Positions 28,101 to 38,404 of a DNA stretch of 64,000 nucleotides are shown here, in pieces. Numbering within the stretch: the stretch's first letter is position 1; every line of letters begins with the position of its first letter. The translations under genes and the position numbers were made by a program. This DNA is from Dipteris shenzhenensis (taxonomy: Eukaryota), in NCBI GenBank assembly GCA_047967505.1, contig CM106538.1. One strand, written 5' to 3'. Below the pieces are notes generated by a model. That model saw nothing but the letters and a program-made list of their open reading frames with translations, was not told where the DNA came from and ran no database searches.

Positions 28101-31100
28101 TGCCGTCTGATTTGTATTTAAGTTTGTATACCCACTTAGTGCCGATGACTTTCCCTCGCAGACGCCTGGCCACTAAGTCCCATGTATTGTTCTTCAGGAT
28201 AGCATCCATCTCTGCCTTCATGGCAACCTGCCATTCTGGATTGTCCTTCGCCTCCTCGAAGGTCCTTGGCTCATCAAGCTGAGCCACCAACGCAAAATTC
28301 ACGGCTGGGGTCTTTTGAAGACGTTGAGACCGCCGCAATCCGGAACTGCTACTCTCAGGTAATGTGGTGACCCGAGACTCTTCCAATGTCCGTAGGTACC
28401 ATTGGGGCAACCTTTTCTGCTTCTCTGTGGGAGGAGGAACGGGAACTTCTTCTGGAACATCCTGCTCTTCCTGAGTATCTTGTGGAACATCAGCTTCTGA
28501 TTTTGCCACCTCTTGGATGGTCAACCTGGGACGGGGTGGGTTCAGGGGTTGAACAATCTCCTCCTCCTCAATCCGAGGCTCCTCCTGGGGTTCAGGTTCC
28601 TTTTCCGCGAAGACAACATCCCGACTGATAAGGATTTGCTTCTTTACTGGGTCGAAGAGGTGGTAGGCCTTGGATTCTTGACTATACCCAACAAAGATAC
28701 ATTTTCTGCTCCGGGAATCAAGCTTGGTCCTGTCTTCCTTGTGCACATGCACCCATGCGTTAGAACCAAAAATGCGAAGATAAGTGATAGAGGGCTTCTT
28801 ACCATAAAATGCCTCATATGAAGTCTTGTCCTTGACGGCCTTCGTCTTGGTCCGGTTGAGAATGTGTACGGCTGTATTGATAGCTTCACTCCAATAGGCT
28901 TTAGAAAGGTTCCTCCCTCGGAGCATAGCAAGCCCTGTCTTTGTGGTGGTTCTATGCTTCCTCTCGGCTACCCCGTTTTGTTGAGAAGTATGTGCCGTGG
29001 TGAGTTGTCGCTTGATCCCATGCTTGCGACAAAATGTGTTGAACTCATTTGAGGTGAATTCTCCCCCTCTGTCTGTGCAGAATGTATTGACATCCTCCCC
29101 TGTCTCCTTTCAACTCTGGCCTTCCAGTCTTTTAATTTCTCGAAATCCTGAGACTTTTTAGCCAAAAAATATACCCAGGTCATTCTACTGAAATCATCCA
29201 CAAAGAGAAGTAAGTACCTGGATCCTGCCCACGATGCTGTAGACATTGGACCACAAATGTCGGCATAAACCAACTCAAGTGGTTTGCTGGCCCGAAACGA
29301 GGCCTCTTGTGGGAACTTATCCCTGTGCTGCTTGCCTTCTAGACAAGCCCTACAGACATCATCCTTGCCTGTAATTGGTGGAAGTCCATCCACCATCTTC
29401 GACTTTGACATTTCAGCCAAGATTCCATAGCTGACATGAACGAAGCGCTCATGCCAAAGTTTGGACTTTCCGTTGTCTTCATGAATCAACATTGCACTAA
29501 GACGGTACAGTCCATTCTCTTCAACGCCTTGAGCCACCATCTGCCCATTTCCTTTGGATGTCACGGTGACCTTGCCATCTTGAAAGAGAACTGCCATGTT
29601 GTTTTTGTCCATTTGACTTACAGACAGTAAATTCTTGCAAAGGTTGGGTACATAAAGTACTCCAGAGATATCCTTCTCCTCACCCGCCGTTGTAATGAAA
29701 GGAATGCTACCAATGCCATTCACAGGACATGTCCGGCTATCCCCGACAGAAACTTTGGAATCCGGGTGTGTACTTTCCATGGTTTTGAACCAAGTCCTTC
29801 TGTTGGACATGTGCTTGGAAGCACCGCTGTCAACATACCAACCCTCTTTACCTTCACTGACTGCATATGCTGAGCAATGTTCACTGACTAAAAATAACTG
29901 TCCAGTCATCACATAGGCAGAATCATTCTTAGGCTCTTCTTTGTTCTTGGCTTCTCTCTTCCGCTTTTGATCCGCCGCCTTCTTTCAGCATTCTTTGGCG
30001 GAGTGGCCAAGCTTTTCATAGTAAAAGCACTTCATTTTCTTCTTGCGTTCAGCGTCCTCTAACTTCTTGGAATCCTTTGGCTTGCCTTTTCCAGGCTTGT
30101 CTTTGGCCACTAATGCCTTCTCGTCAGTTTGCGTAAAGAGTTTCTCTCGAGCCTCCTCCTGAAGCAGGAGTGGACCAAGCTCCTCAAAGGTGATTGGCTT
30201 AGTCCGTTGACCCGCAGTGACTGTAGTGACAAAACTTTTGAAACTCTGTGGCAACTTGTGGAGTCCACCTTCTGACCAACCGCTGCGAGCTGGTCCCGCA
30301 CAACTTTCACCTTTGTCAAATGATCATGCACACTATCACCCTCATTCATATCAAGATTATAAAGCTGATGCTGAAGTGTAATGATACGAGCTCTATTATC
30401 GGTTTCATACAGCTCCTTCAGTATGGCCCACGCCTCTGAAGACGTCTCTGCCAACTGGATATGAGGAATCACAGCATCTACTGTCGTGCCAATAAGCATT
30501 GCTAAGGCTTGAGCATCCCTCTCCTCCCATGCAAAGAGTTCATCCGCATCTGCTTCAACTAAAACTTCACCTCTTTTGTCCACAAGGTCCTCCGGCTTCT
30601 CTTCGGTCCCATTCACAATCTTCCACAACCTCCGTGCCAACAGATGGCTTCGGATCTTGACTTTCCAGATTGGATAGTTCGTCCCATCGAGCTTTCCAGC
30701 TTCACCGAAATTGGGGATAAATGAAGAAGGAAGATGACTGGAGAAGGAGGAAGGACGAGCAATGGATGTAGAGGCTTCTGAACGCTGATCCATCTCGGTG
30801 AATAGCAAAACTGAATAACTGAAACAGAAATAAATGTACTGACATTCTGTGCTAGCCTGAGCTGAAAACAGAATCGCCTTACTGCTGAAAACAGAATCGC
30901 CTTACTGCCAAGGGACTCCTTCCTTCAGAGAGTGCTTTGATGAGGAAGAGTTGAGAGCCTATGGCTCTGATACCATGTTAGAAAATAGGAGGGAATGAAT
31001 CACTCAAACCTCCACCCAAGATCTTTCCCACTCTTCTTGACACTCAACTCAGATAACTGATCACAGATGCAATAAACACTCACTCAGAGATAACTAAAAC

Positions 31101-34100
31101 GGAGAGAGAGAAAGAGTATATTCATCCACCGGATGGTGGGCAGAAACTAGACATCGTTTGTCGAAACGAGGAGGAGGCTCCAAAGGAGTAATACAAAACT
31201 CAGCCAAGTGCTGAGGAGAACTGATGGAACTCTCTCTGTCAGACTGAACCAGCTCTGAGTGCACAGCACACCCTAGGAAGGAGGCTTTCTGTCCTGCACT
31301 GGATGCTGGAATGAAGGAAGGAGTGGGCCTTTTATAGGCACTGCCCAGGCCCTCTGGATTGGCCGACCAGCAGGGTCAGTCCCCTGTCTGGTGGCCGACC
31401 AGACTGTTCTGGAAATCCGACCAGGGTCGGCCCTGGTCGGTGGCCCTGGTTGGGCCGACTGGCCCTGCCACAGGCCCCTATAAAAGGGTGCCCTGTGCAG
31501 CCAGTCCATAGGACTGTTGACGCCTTTAAGGGAGGCACAGGGCCCCCCTGTTTCTCTGCTGTTGCAGGCAGCAACCAGCCCGTGTGCTGGTTGCCTATGA
31601 TGTCAGCCTGGGTCTCTCTTTCCCAGCCCTCCTACCTCTCACTGCCCCTTATCCCCTCAAAACGGGGGCTCACAGGTGGGTACAGTGAGTCTCTAACAGC
31701 CCCAATGGTACCTACGGACATTGGAAGAGTCCCGGGTCACTGAATTACCTGAGAGTAGCAGTTCCGGATTGCGTCGGTCCCAACGTCTTCAAAAGACCCC
31801 ATCCGTGAATTTTGCGTTGGTGGCTCAGCTTGATGAGCCAAGGACCTTCAAGGAGGCGAAGGACAATCCAGAATGGCAGGCTGCCATGCAGGCAGAGATG
31901 GATGCTATCCTAAAGGCATCAAACTAGGCTGATTCTGTGACAGTGATTGGGCGGGTGATGCTGACACCAGAAGATCGACAACAGGGTATTGTTTCTTACT
32001 GGTGCCATCTCTTGGCTGAGTAAGAAGCAACCCACAGTGGCCCTTTCATCTACAGAGGCAGAGTACAGAGCCGCGTGTACAGCAACTTGTGAGACACTGT
32101 GGTTGAGGTGGTTTCTGGAGGACATGGACGTGTGTCAGGAGGACGCAACAGTGCTGATGTGCGACAATCAGAGTTCCATAGCCATTGCCAAGAATCCAGT
32201 GTACCATGCGCGGACCAAGCACATCGAAGTTCATTACCACTTTGTTCGAGAGCTCATCATCGACGATGTGATCAAGCTTATCTACTGCCCGACCGCCGAC
32301 AACTTGTCCAACCTCTTCACGACGGCACTCGCTCGAGAACAGATGGAGCACCTCATCAAACACATGAGGATTGGTCCACAGTTGTGACATTGAGGGGGGG
32401 TGTTAGAAACTCACTGTGCCCACCTGTGAGCCCCATATTTGAGGGGACAACGGGCAATGAGAGGTAGGAGGGCTGGGAAAGAGAGAGACTCAGGCTGGCA
32501 TCATAGGGAACCAGCACACGGGCTGGTTGCTGCCAGCAACAGCAGAGAAATAGGGGGCCTTGGGCCTCACTTGGAGGCGCCTGCAGCTGCATAGACTGGC
32601 TGCACAGGGCACCCTTAAATAGGGGCCTGTGGCAGGCCAAGTCGGCCCGACCAGGGCCAACCCTGGTCGGATTTCCAGGGCCATCTGGTCGGCCACCAGA
32701 CAGGGTACCGACCCTGCTGGTCGGTCAACCCAAAGGGCCTGGGCAGTGCCTATAAAAGGCCCACTCCTTCAGTCATTCCAGCATCCAGTGCAAGACTGAA
32801 AGCCTTCTTCCAAGGCTGTGCCGTGCACTCAGAGCTGGTTCAGTTTGTGAGAGAGAGTTCCATCAGTTTTCTCCAGCACTTCGCTGAGTTTTGTATTGCT
32901 CCCTTGGAGCCAGTTTCTGCCCACCTTCCGGTGGATGAATATACTCTTTCTCTCTCTCCGTTTTAAGTTATCTCTGAGTGAGTGTTTAATATTCATCTTT
33001 CTCTCTCTCCGTTTAAGTTATCTCTGAGTGAGTGTTTATTGCATCTGTGATCATCTATCTGAGTTGAGTGTGAGGAAGAGTTGGAGAGATCTTGGGTGAA
33101 GGTTTGAGTGATTCATTCCCTCCTATTCTCTAACAGTCTTGTCCTTGACGGCCTTCATCTTGGTCCTGTTGAGAATGTGTACGGCTGTATTGATAGCTTC
33201 ACTCCAATAGGCTTTAGAAAGGTTCCTCCCTCGGAGCATAGCAAGCCCTGTCTCTGTGGTGGTTCTATGCTTCCTCTCGGCTACCCCGTTTTGCTGAGAA
33301 GTATGTGCGGTGGTGAGTTGTCGCTTGATCCCATGCTTGCAACAAAATGTGTTGAACTCATTTGAGGTGAATTCTCCCCCCCTGTCTGTGCGGGACGTCT
33401 TGACATCCTCCCCTGTCTCCTTTTCAACTCTGGCCTTCCAATCCTTGAACTTCTCGAAAGCCTGAGACTTTTCAGCCAAACAATATACCCAGGTCATTCT
33501 ACTGAAATCATCCACAAAGAGAAGTGAGTACCTGGATCCTGCCCACGATGCTGTAGACATTGGGCCACAAATGTCGGCATGAACCAACTCAAGTGGTTTG
33601 CTGGCCCGAAACGAGGCCTCTTGTGGGAACTTATCCCTGTGCTGCTTGCCTTCTAGACAAGCCCTACAGACATCATCCTTGCCTGTAATTGGTGGAAGTC
33701 CATCCACCATCTTCGACTTTGACATTTCAGCCAAGATTCCATAGCTGGCATGACCGAAGCGCTCATGCCAAAGTTTGGACTTTCCGTTGTCTTCATGAAC
33801 CAACATTGCACTGAGGCGGTACAGTCCGTTCTCTTCAACTCCTTGAGCCACCATCTGTCCATTTGCTTTGGATGTCACGGTGACCTTGCCATCTTGAAAG
33901 AGAACTGCCATGTTGTTTTTGTCCATCTGACTTACAGACAGTAAGTTCTTGCAAAGGTTGGGTACATAAAGTACTCCAGAGATATCCTTCTCCTCACCCG
34001 CACTTGTAATGAAAGAAATGCTACCGATGCCCTTCACAGGACACGTCCGGCTATCCCCGACAGAAACTTTGGAATCCGGGTGTGTACTTTCCATGGTTTT

Positions 34101-37100
34101 GAACCAAGTCCTTCTGTTGGACATGTGCTTGGAAGCACCGCTGTCAACATACCAACCCTCTTTACCTTCACTGACTGCATATGCTGAACAATGTTCACTG
34201 ATTAAAAACAACTGTCCAGTCGTCACAGTGGCAAAATCATTCTTAGGCTCTTCTTTGTTCCTGGTTTCTCTTCCGCTTCTGATTTGCCTTCTTCTTTCGG
34301 CATTCTTTGGCGGAGTGGCCAAGCTTTTTACAGTAATAGCACTTCATTTTCTTCTTTCGGTCAGCGTCCTCTGACTTCTTGAACTCCTTTGGCTTGGCTT
34401 TTCCAGGCTTGTCTTTGGCCACTAATGCCTTCTCGTCCATTTGCGTAAAGAGTTTCTCTTGAGCCTCCTCCTGAAGCAGGAGTGGGCCAAGCTCCTCAAA
34501 GGTGATTAGCTTAGTCCGTTGACCCGCAGTGACCGTAGTCACAAAACTTTTGAAACTCCGTGGCAATTTGTGGAGTGTGAGCAACGCCAATTGAATCGAG
34601 TCCACCTTTTGACCAACCGCTGTGAGCTAGTCCCGCACGACTTTCACCTTTGTCAGATGATCATGCACACTATCACCCTCATTCATATCAAGATTATAAA
34701 GCTGATGCTGAAGAGTAATGATACGGGCTGTATTATCAGTTTCATACAGCTCCTTCAGTATGGCCCACGCCTCTGAAGATGTCTCTACCAACTGGATATG
34801 AGGAATCACAGCATCTGCTGTCGTGCCAATAAGCATTGCTAACGCTTGAGCATCCCTCTCCTCCCATGCACTGAGTTCATCCGCATCTGCTTCAACTAAA
34901 ACTTCACCTCTTTTGTCCACAATGTCCTCCGGCTTCTCCTCGGTCCCAATCACTATCTTCCACAGCTTCCGTGCCAACAGATGGCTTCGGATCTTGACTT
35001 TCCAGATTGGATAGTTCATCCCATCGAGCTTTCCAGCTTCACCAAAATTGGGAATAAATGAAGAAGGAAGATGACTGGAGAAGGAGGAAGGACGAGCAAT
35101 GGGTGTAGAGGCTTCTGAACGCTGATCCATCTCGGTGAATAGCAAACTGAAAAGCTGAAGCAAAAGAGATGTACTGACCTCCCGTGCTAGCCTAAGCTGA
35201 AAACAGAATCGCCTTTCTGCCAAGGGACTCCTTCCTTCAGAGAGTGCTTTGATGAAGAAGAGTTGAGAACCTATGGCTCTGATACCATGTTAGAGAATAG
35301 GAGGGAATGAATCACTCAAACCTCCACCCAAGATCTCTCCAACTCTTACACACACTCAACTTAGATAGATGATCACAGATGCAATAAACACTCACTCAGA
35401 AATAACTTGGACCGAGAAAGAGAGAGAGTATATTCATCCACCGGATGGTGGGCAGAAAAAACAGCTCACAGGGAGCAATACAAAATACAGCAAAGTGCTG
35501 GAGAATACTGAAGGACTCTCTCTCTCTCACAAACTGCTCCACAACTGAGTGCACAGCACAGCCTTGGAAGGAGGCTTTCAGTCTTGCACTGGATGCTGGA
35601 ATGACTGAAGGAGTGGGCCTTTTATAGGCACTGCCCAGGCCCTGGAGTTGACCGACCAGCAGAGTCGGTACCCTGTCTGGTGGCCGACCAGGTGGGCCCT
35701 AGAAAACCGACCAGGGTTGGCCCTGGTCGGTGGCCCTGGTCGGTGGCCCTGGTTGGGCCGACTTGGCCTGCCACAGGCCCCTATTTAAGGGTGCCCTGTG
35801 CAGCCAGTCTGCGCAGCTGCAGGTGCCTCCAAGTGAGGCGTAAGGCCCCTGTTTCCCTGCTGTTGCAGGCAGCAACCAGCCCGTGTGCTGGTTGCCTATG
35901 ATGCTGGCCTGAGTCTCTCTCTTTCCCCAGCCCTCCTACCTCTCACTGCCCCTTGTCCCCTCAAATCGGGGGCTCACAGGTGGGCACAGTGAGTTTCTAA
36001 TATAAAGCCTATAGGAGACACCTGGTGATCTAGTAGGCGTTATACTGCAGAGGGTTCAGCATACAGAGCTCATGTTGGTGCCAGACCTCAGCGTATGTTT
36101 GCTGCAGATGTTGGTACGGATTTCTATTCTATAGATGAGACCTATTTAGGCTGTACATCCGTGTTCTCTCTCTCTGATCTGAAAGTGTACTTTTGGAGCT
36201 TTGTGTACAGATTTCTATTCTATAAATGAGATCTATTTTGGCTGTACGTCCGTGTATTCTCTCTCAGATCTGACAGAGCTCTCTATCTCTTCTTCTATCT
36301 GCAAAACTACAAGCAAGTTAAATTGCATGTTGTGCCATGTCACAGCTTCGCATCAGATGTCTTGCTTTCTCAGTTGGTGGTTGCAAGGACAGCAGCAGGA
36401 CAGCAGCAGTCCACCTGGCCTGCACATATACAGCAGTGGCAAACAGGGCAGAAACAGCAGCAGAGTTCGCAGGAGACTAGTCTGTGGATTTACAGAAGCA
36501 CTTAGTCTGGAGATTTACAGACTTAGTCAGAGGATTTGCAGACTGAGTCTGTGGAAGGAGTTTGCGGGGCCATTTTCCCTCATTTCATCCATCAGCACTT
36601 GCAGCCTCAGTACAGCCTCAGTACAGCCTCAGCAGCCTGCAGCCTGCAGCCTCCAGCAACTCCAGGGAGGAACAATAGGCTTTGAGCAGCAAAAAGAGAG
36701 AGGGAGAAGACAAGCAGTCTGCCTCTCTCCATCTCCACCTGGAAGGGACCTCCCTTCATGTACAATTACCTTTCTCAGCCCTTTGGGCAACAGTTGTATT
36801 CAGCCTATTGGCAAATAGTAAGCACTATCTATGGGGGGCCGGTTCCAACCCAAACATGCATTTATTCTCACACCCTACAGACACAAGCATGTGTGTTTGT
36901 GTGACTTTCAAGTTCAGTACACGCTTTTGCAGTTACCATTACATAGCAGGCTAGAGAGAGTGTGAGTTAGCTCTGGGCTTGTTAATGGTATCAGAGCTTC
37001 AGAATTTCTTTCCTGAGAGTGTAAGATACAGATTAGGAAGGTTTATCTGTGCACGGTCACCACCCACTATGGCAAGTCAATCATGCCTCCCAACCCCAAC

Positions 37101-38404
37101 ATTAAGGGTGAGGCGATATCCGACCATGTGGTGCTCTGCCAGAAGCACCTCCACAAGCAGTAGCAATGCCCTCCGAGGCACAGGTGACTCAATTGGCCAT
37201 GGTAGCCATGATGCACAACAGTCCGAGAACCTCTTCACCCAAACTCTACAACTCTAGGACCTCCCCCACTAAGAACACGCCCCGGGGTCTGTGAGAAAAC
37301 CAACTGATTTGTTCCACTTGATTTTCGCACCAGCGAGAACCGGGACTATGCTGAGCAGGAATGGCACCAGGCTGCGACTGAGAGACCAAGGATGGGCAGC
37401 AAAAGAAGCAGAAGAAGCAAGAGACCACGAGGCTCAAGAAGACAAAGAAGAAGTGTGACGGAGTCCATACTTTACCTCCTTCGAGGTTTGGTAGGACTTT
37501 GCATAGCAGGGCCACGTAGTCCATATGACTTTTTCATAAGATTGAAACCGTAAGTCGAACCCACGATCAGTTTGAGCATGTCCCAAAATCATCCAAAGCA
37601 CGTGTACGTAATGCACAAATAATATGACATGTTCTTAGGGAGATATACGTTTGTGTGTGGAAGGTAGATATATCTCTAAGGTCTGTGGAAACAAGTAGGA
37701 AGGAGTCCGTCCTTAACGTCCTTAGAGATTTGGTAGGACTCTGACCTCCTTGACACAGCAGGGCCACGTAGTACAGATGACTTTTTCCTAAGGTTGAAAG
37801 CGCAAGTCAAACCCAGGATGACTTTGAGCATGTCCCAAAATAATCCAAGCAAATTGCACAAGACATTAGCGCATGCTAATATAGGTCCAGCCTATTGGCT
37901 GCATTGCATCAGAGCCGACAACGTAGATGTGCAGTAACGGAAGAAATAGGAACAAAGAAACACTCGAACCAATCTGTCCACAAGCAAGTACAAGTATGGA
38001 TAGAAGGGAGGGTAGAGGAGAATACCGGGCCTTTCCTCGGCTCTCCCGTCGAATGAAGCGTCCATTGTGCATACTGTTGTGGCGCAGGGGTTGACGATTT
38101 TGAGGCTCCACGCATGTCGCTTCTCAGTCCACAAAAATAATGTCCTGGAAAGGAAAAACCTGTCAAAACTCCAAATTAAATTTTTGAGAAGGGAGGAAGA
38201 GGTCTAAAGGTCAAAGGGGGGGAGCTAGACAAGGGAGATATGTTGAGGCAAAGGGATTGGAAAATGCAGGCAGAAGGAAAAAGGGTTTGAGAGGAGTTAC
38301 CTAGAGTGCAAAGCCGAGAGAGGGGAGTGATTGTAATGGCGGAAGAGAGCAGTAGAAGGAGAGATGAACGGGGGGGAGACACGGAGGCGAGCGGAAGCCT
38401 CCAT
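15971..38404 (-). CDS. CPP1: Chaperone-like protein of POR1 (CPP1/CDF1-type, chloroplast J-like membrane protein). 5 exons: 38404-38301, 38144-38026, 17570-17188, 16297-16221, 16121-15971; 834 nt, 277 aa
   Basis: The spliced translation is [161 protein letters not shown]...[55 protein letters not shown]...[23 protein letters not shown]. It matches Arabidopsis CPP1 motifs as I recall them ([46 protein letters not shown]). All four introns are GT-AG with consistent phases (2,1,0,2) and there are no internal stops. Confidence 0.9.
16221..16297 (-). CDS. CPP1: CPP1 exon 4
   Basis: Acceptor TTACAG and donor GTAAAC; encodes [25 protein letters not shown]. Confidence 0.92.
17188..17570 (-). CDS. 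CPP1: CPP1 exon 3 (J-like domain and first TM segment)
   Basis: Acceptor TTTGTTTCAG and donor GTATTG; encodes [16 protein letters not shown]...EGGPAFQ. Confidence 0.93.
18300..18815 (-). repeat. LTR-like remnant abutting the truncated copia gag
   Basis: Minus-strand CCTCTATAAAAAGG TATA (~18732-18745) downstream of a CCGAC/GGCC-rich block, the same layout as other LTRs here; termini not defined. Confidence 0.3.
18816..21900 (-). mobile_element. Truncated Ty1/copia element W: long 5' LTR (from 20476, outer end approximate), PBS and gag only
   Basis: LTR end TAACA is followed by GGTATCAGAGC (iMet PBS, 20475-20465). gag reads [19 protein letters not shown]...AKEIWDRL...KLKFY, with zinc knuckle [14 protein letters not shown]. 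No pol. Confidence 0.75.
26044..26739 (-). repeat. 3' LTR of copia Z (696 bp)
   Basis: Direct repeat of 30976-31698; by eye about 14 substitutions plus one 27-bp indel. Confidence 0.95.
30976..31698 (-). repeat. 5' LTR of copia Z (723 bp)
   Basis: Adjacent to PBS TGGTATCAGAGC; flanked by TSD GCCCC. Confidence 0.95.
32401..33135 (+). repeat. 3' LTR of copia Y
   Basis: Reverse complement of the family-A LTR; preceded by the PPT; internal ~50-bp tandem duplication near 32938-33040. Confidence 0.92.
35288..36002 (-). repeat. 5' LTR of copia X
   Basis: Family-A LTR next to the PBS; outer end TAACA is mutated to TAATA. Confidence 0.9.
36003..36997 (+). mobile_element. Downstream part of another LTR plus iMet PBS (probable target of X; upstream part may be ~21905-22365)
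   Basis: TGGTATCAGAGC at 36986-36997; TATA-like TATAAAG at the X junction; no gag follows. Confidence 0.5.
37480..37850. repeat. Diverged ~125-bp direct duplication in CPP1 intron 2
   Basis: TTTGGTAGGACT..GCAGGGCCACGTAGT..TTTGAGCATGTCCCAAAAT occurs at ~37488-37600 and ~37729-37850. Confidence 0.7.
38026..38144 (-). CDS. CPP1: CPP1 exon 2
   Basis: Acceptor TTTCCTTTCCAG and donor [16 protein letters not shown] resembles the CPP1 segment VKCTVDSSYGG. Ends in phase 1, matching the GA start of exon 3. Confidence 0.8.
38301..38404 (-). CDS. CPP1: CPP1 exon 1 (start codon, transit-peptide-like)
   Basis: ATG at 38404-38402; Ser/Pro/Arg-rich [34 protein letters not shown]; donor GTAAC begins at 38300; phase 2 fits exon 2. 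Confidence 0.75.

Larger units (their letters stand above)
26044..31698 (-). mobile_element. Ty1/copia element Z (family A, innermost, structurally complete, 5655 bp, disrupted ORF)
   Basis: LTRs at 26044-26739 and 30976-31698 (TGTTAG...TAACA); 5-bp TSD GCCCC (26039-26043 and 31699-31703); PBS 30975-30964; PPT ~26749-26740; gag-PR-INT-RT(LYVDD)-RH from 30793 to 26753 with several frameshifts and stops. Confidence 0.95.
23860..33135 (+). mobile_element. Ty1/copia element Y (family A, middle, antiparallel to X): 5' LTR and gag start deleted; gag-PR-INT 23860-26043, resumes at 31699, most of RT deleted, RNase H, PPT 32391-32400, 3' LTR 32401-33135
   Basis: ORFs 23792-24940, 24941-25372, 25382-25840 and 31989-32387 are near-identical to X and Z. 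The LTR runs TGTTAG...TAACA, and its end abuts X integrase sequence at 33136. Confidence 0.88.
22366..36002 (-). mobile_element. Ty1/copia element X (outer, family A): 5' LTR 36002-35288, PBS 35287-35276, gag-PR-INT to 33136, resumes 23859-22539 (linker, RT with deletion, RNase H, PPT), truncated 3' LTR 22538-22366
   Basis: PBS TGGTATCAGAGC; motifs [33 protein letters not shown] and [29 protein letters not shown]. The 3' LTR remnant shares diagnostic variants (GTTTCCCTGCTG, TCTTTCCCCAG, TTTCTAA) with the 5' LTR. Confidence 0.85.

Noticed and set aside
36201-36818. 205-aa ORF
   Set aside because: It lies in LTR-like, CAG-rich low-complexity sequence with no recognisable motifs.
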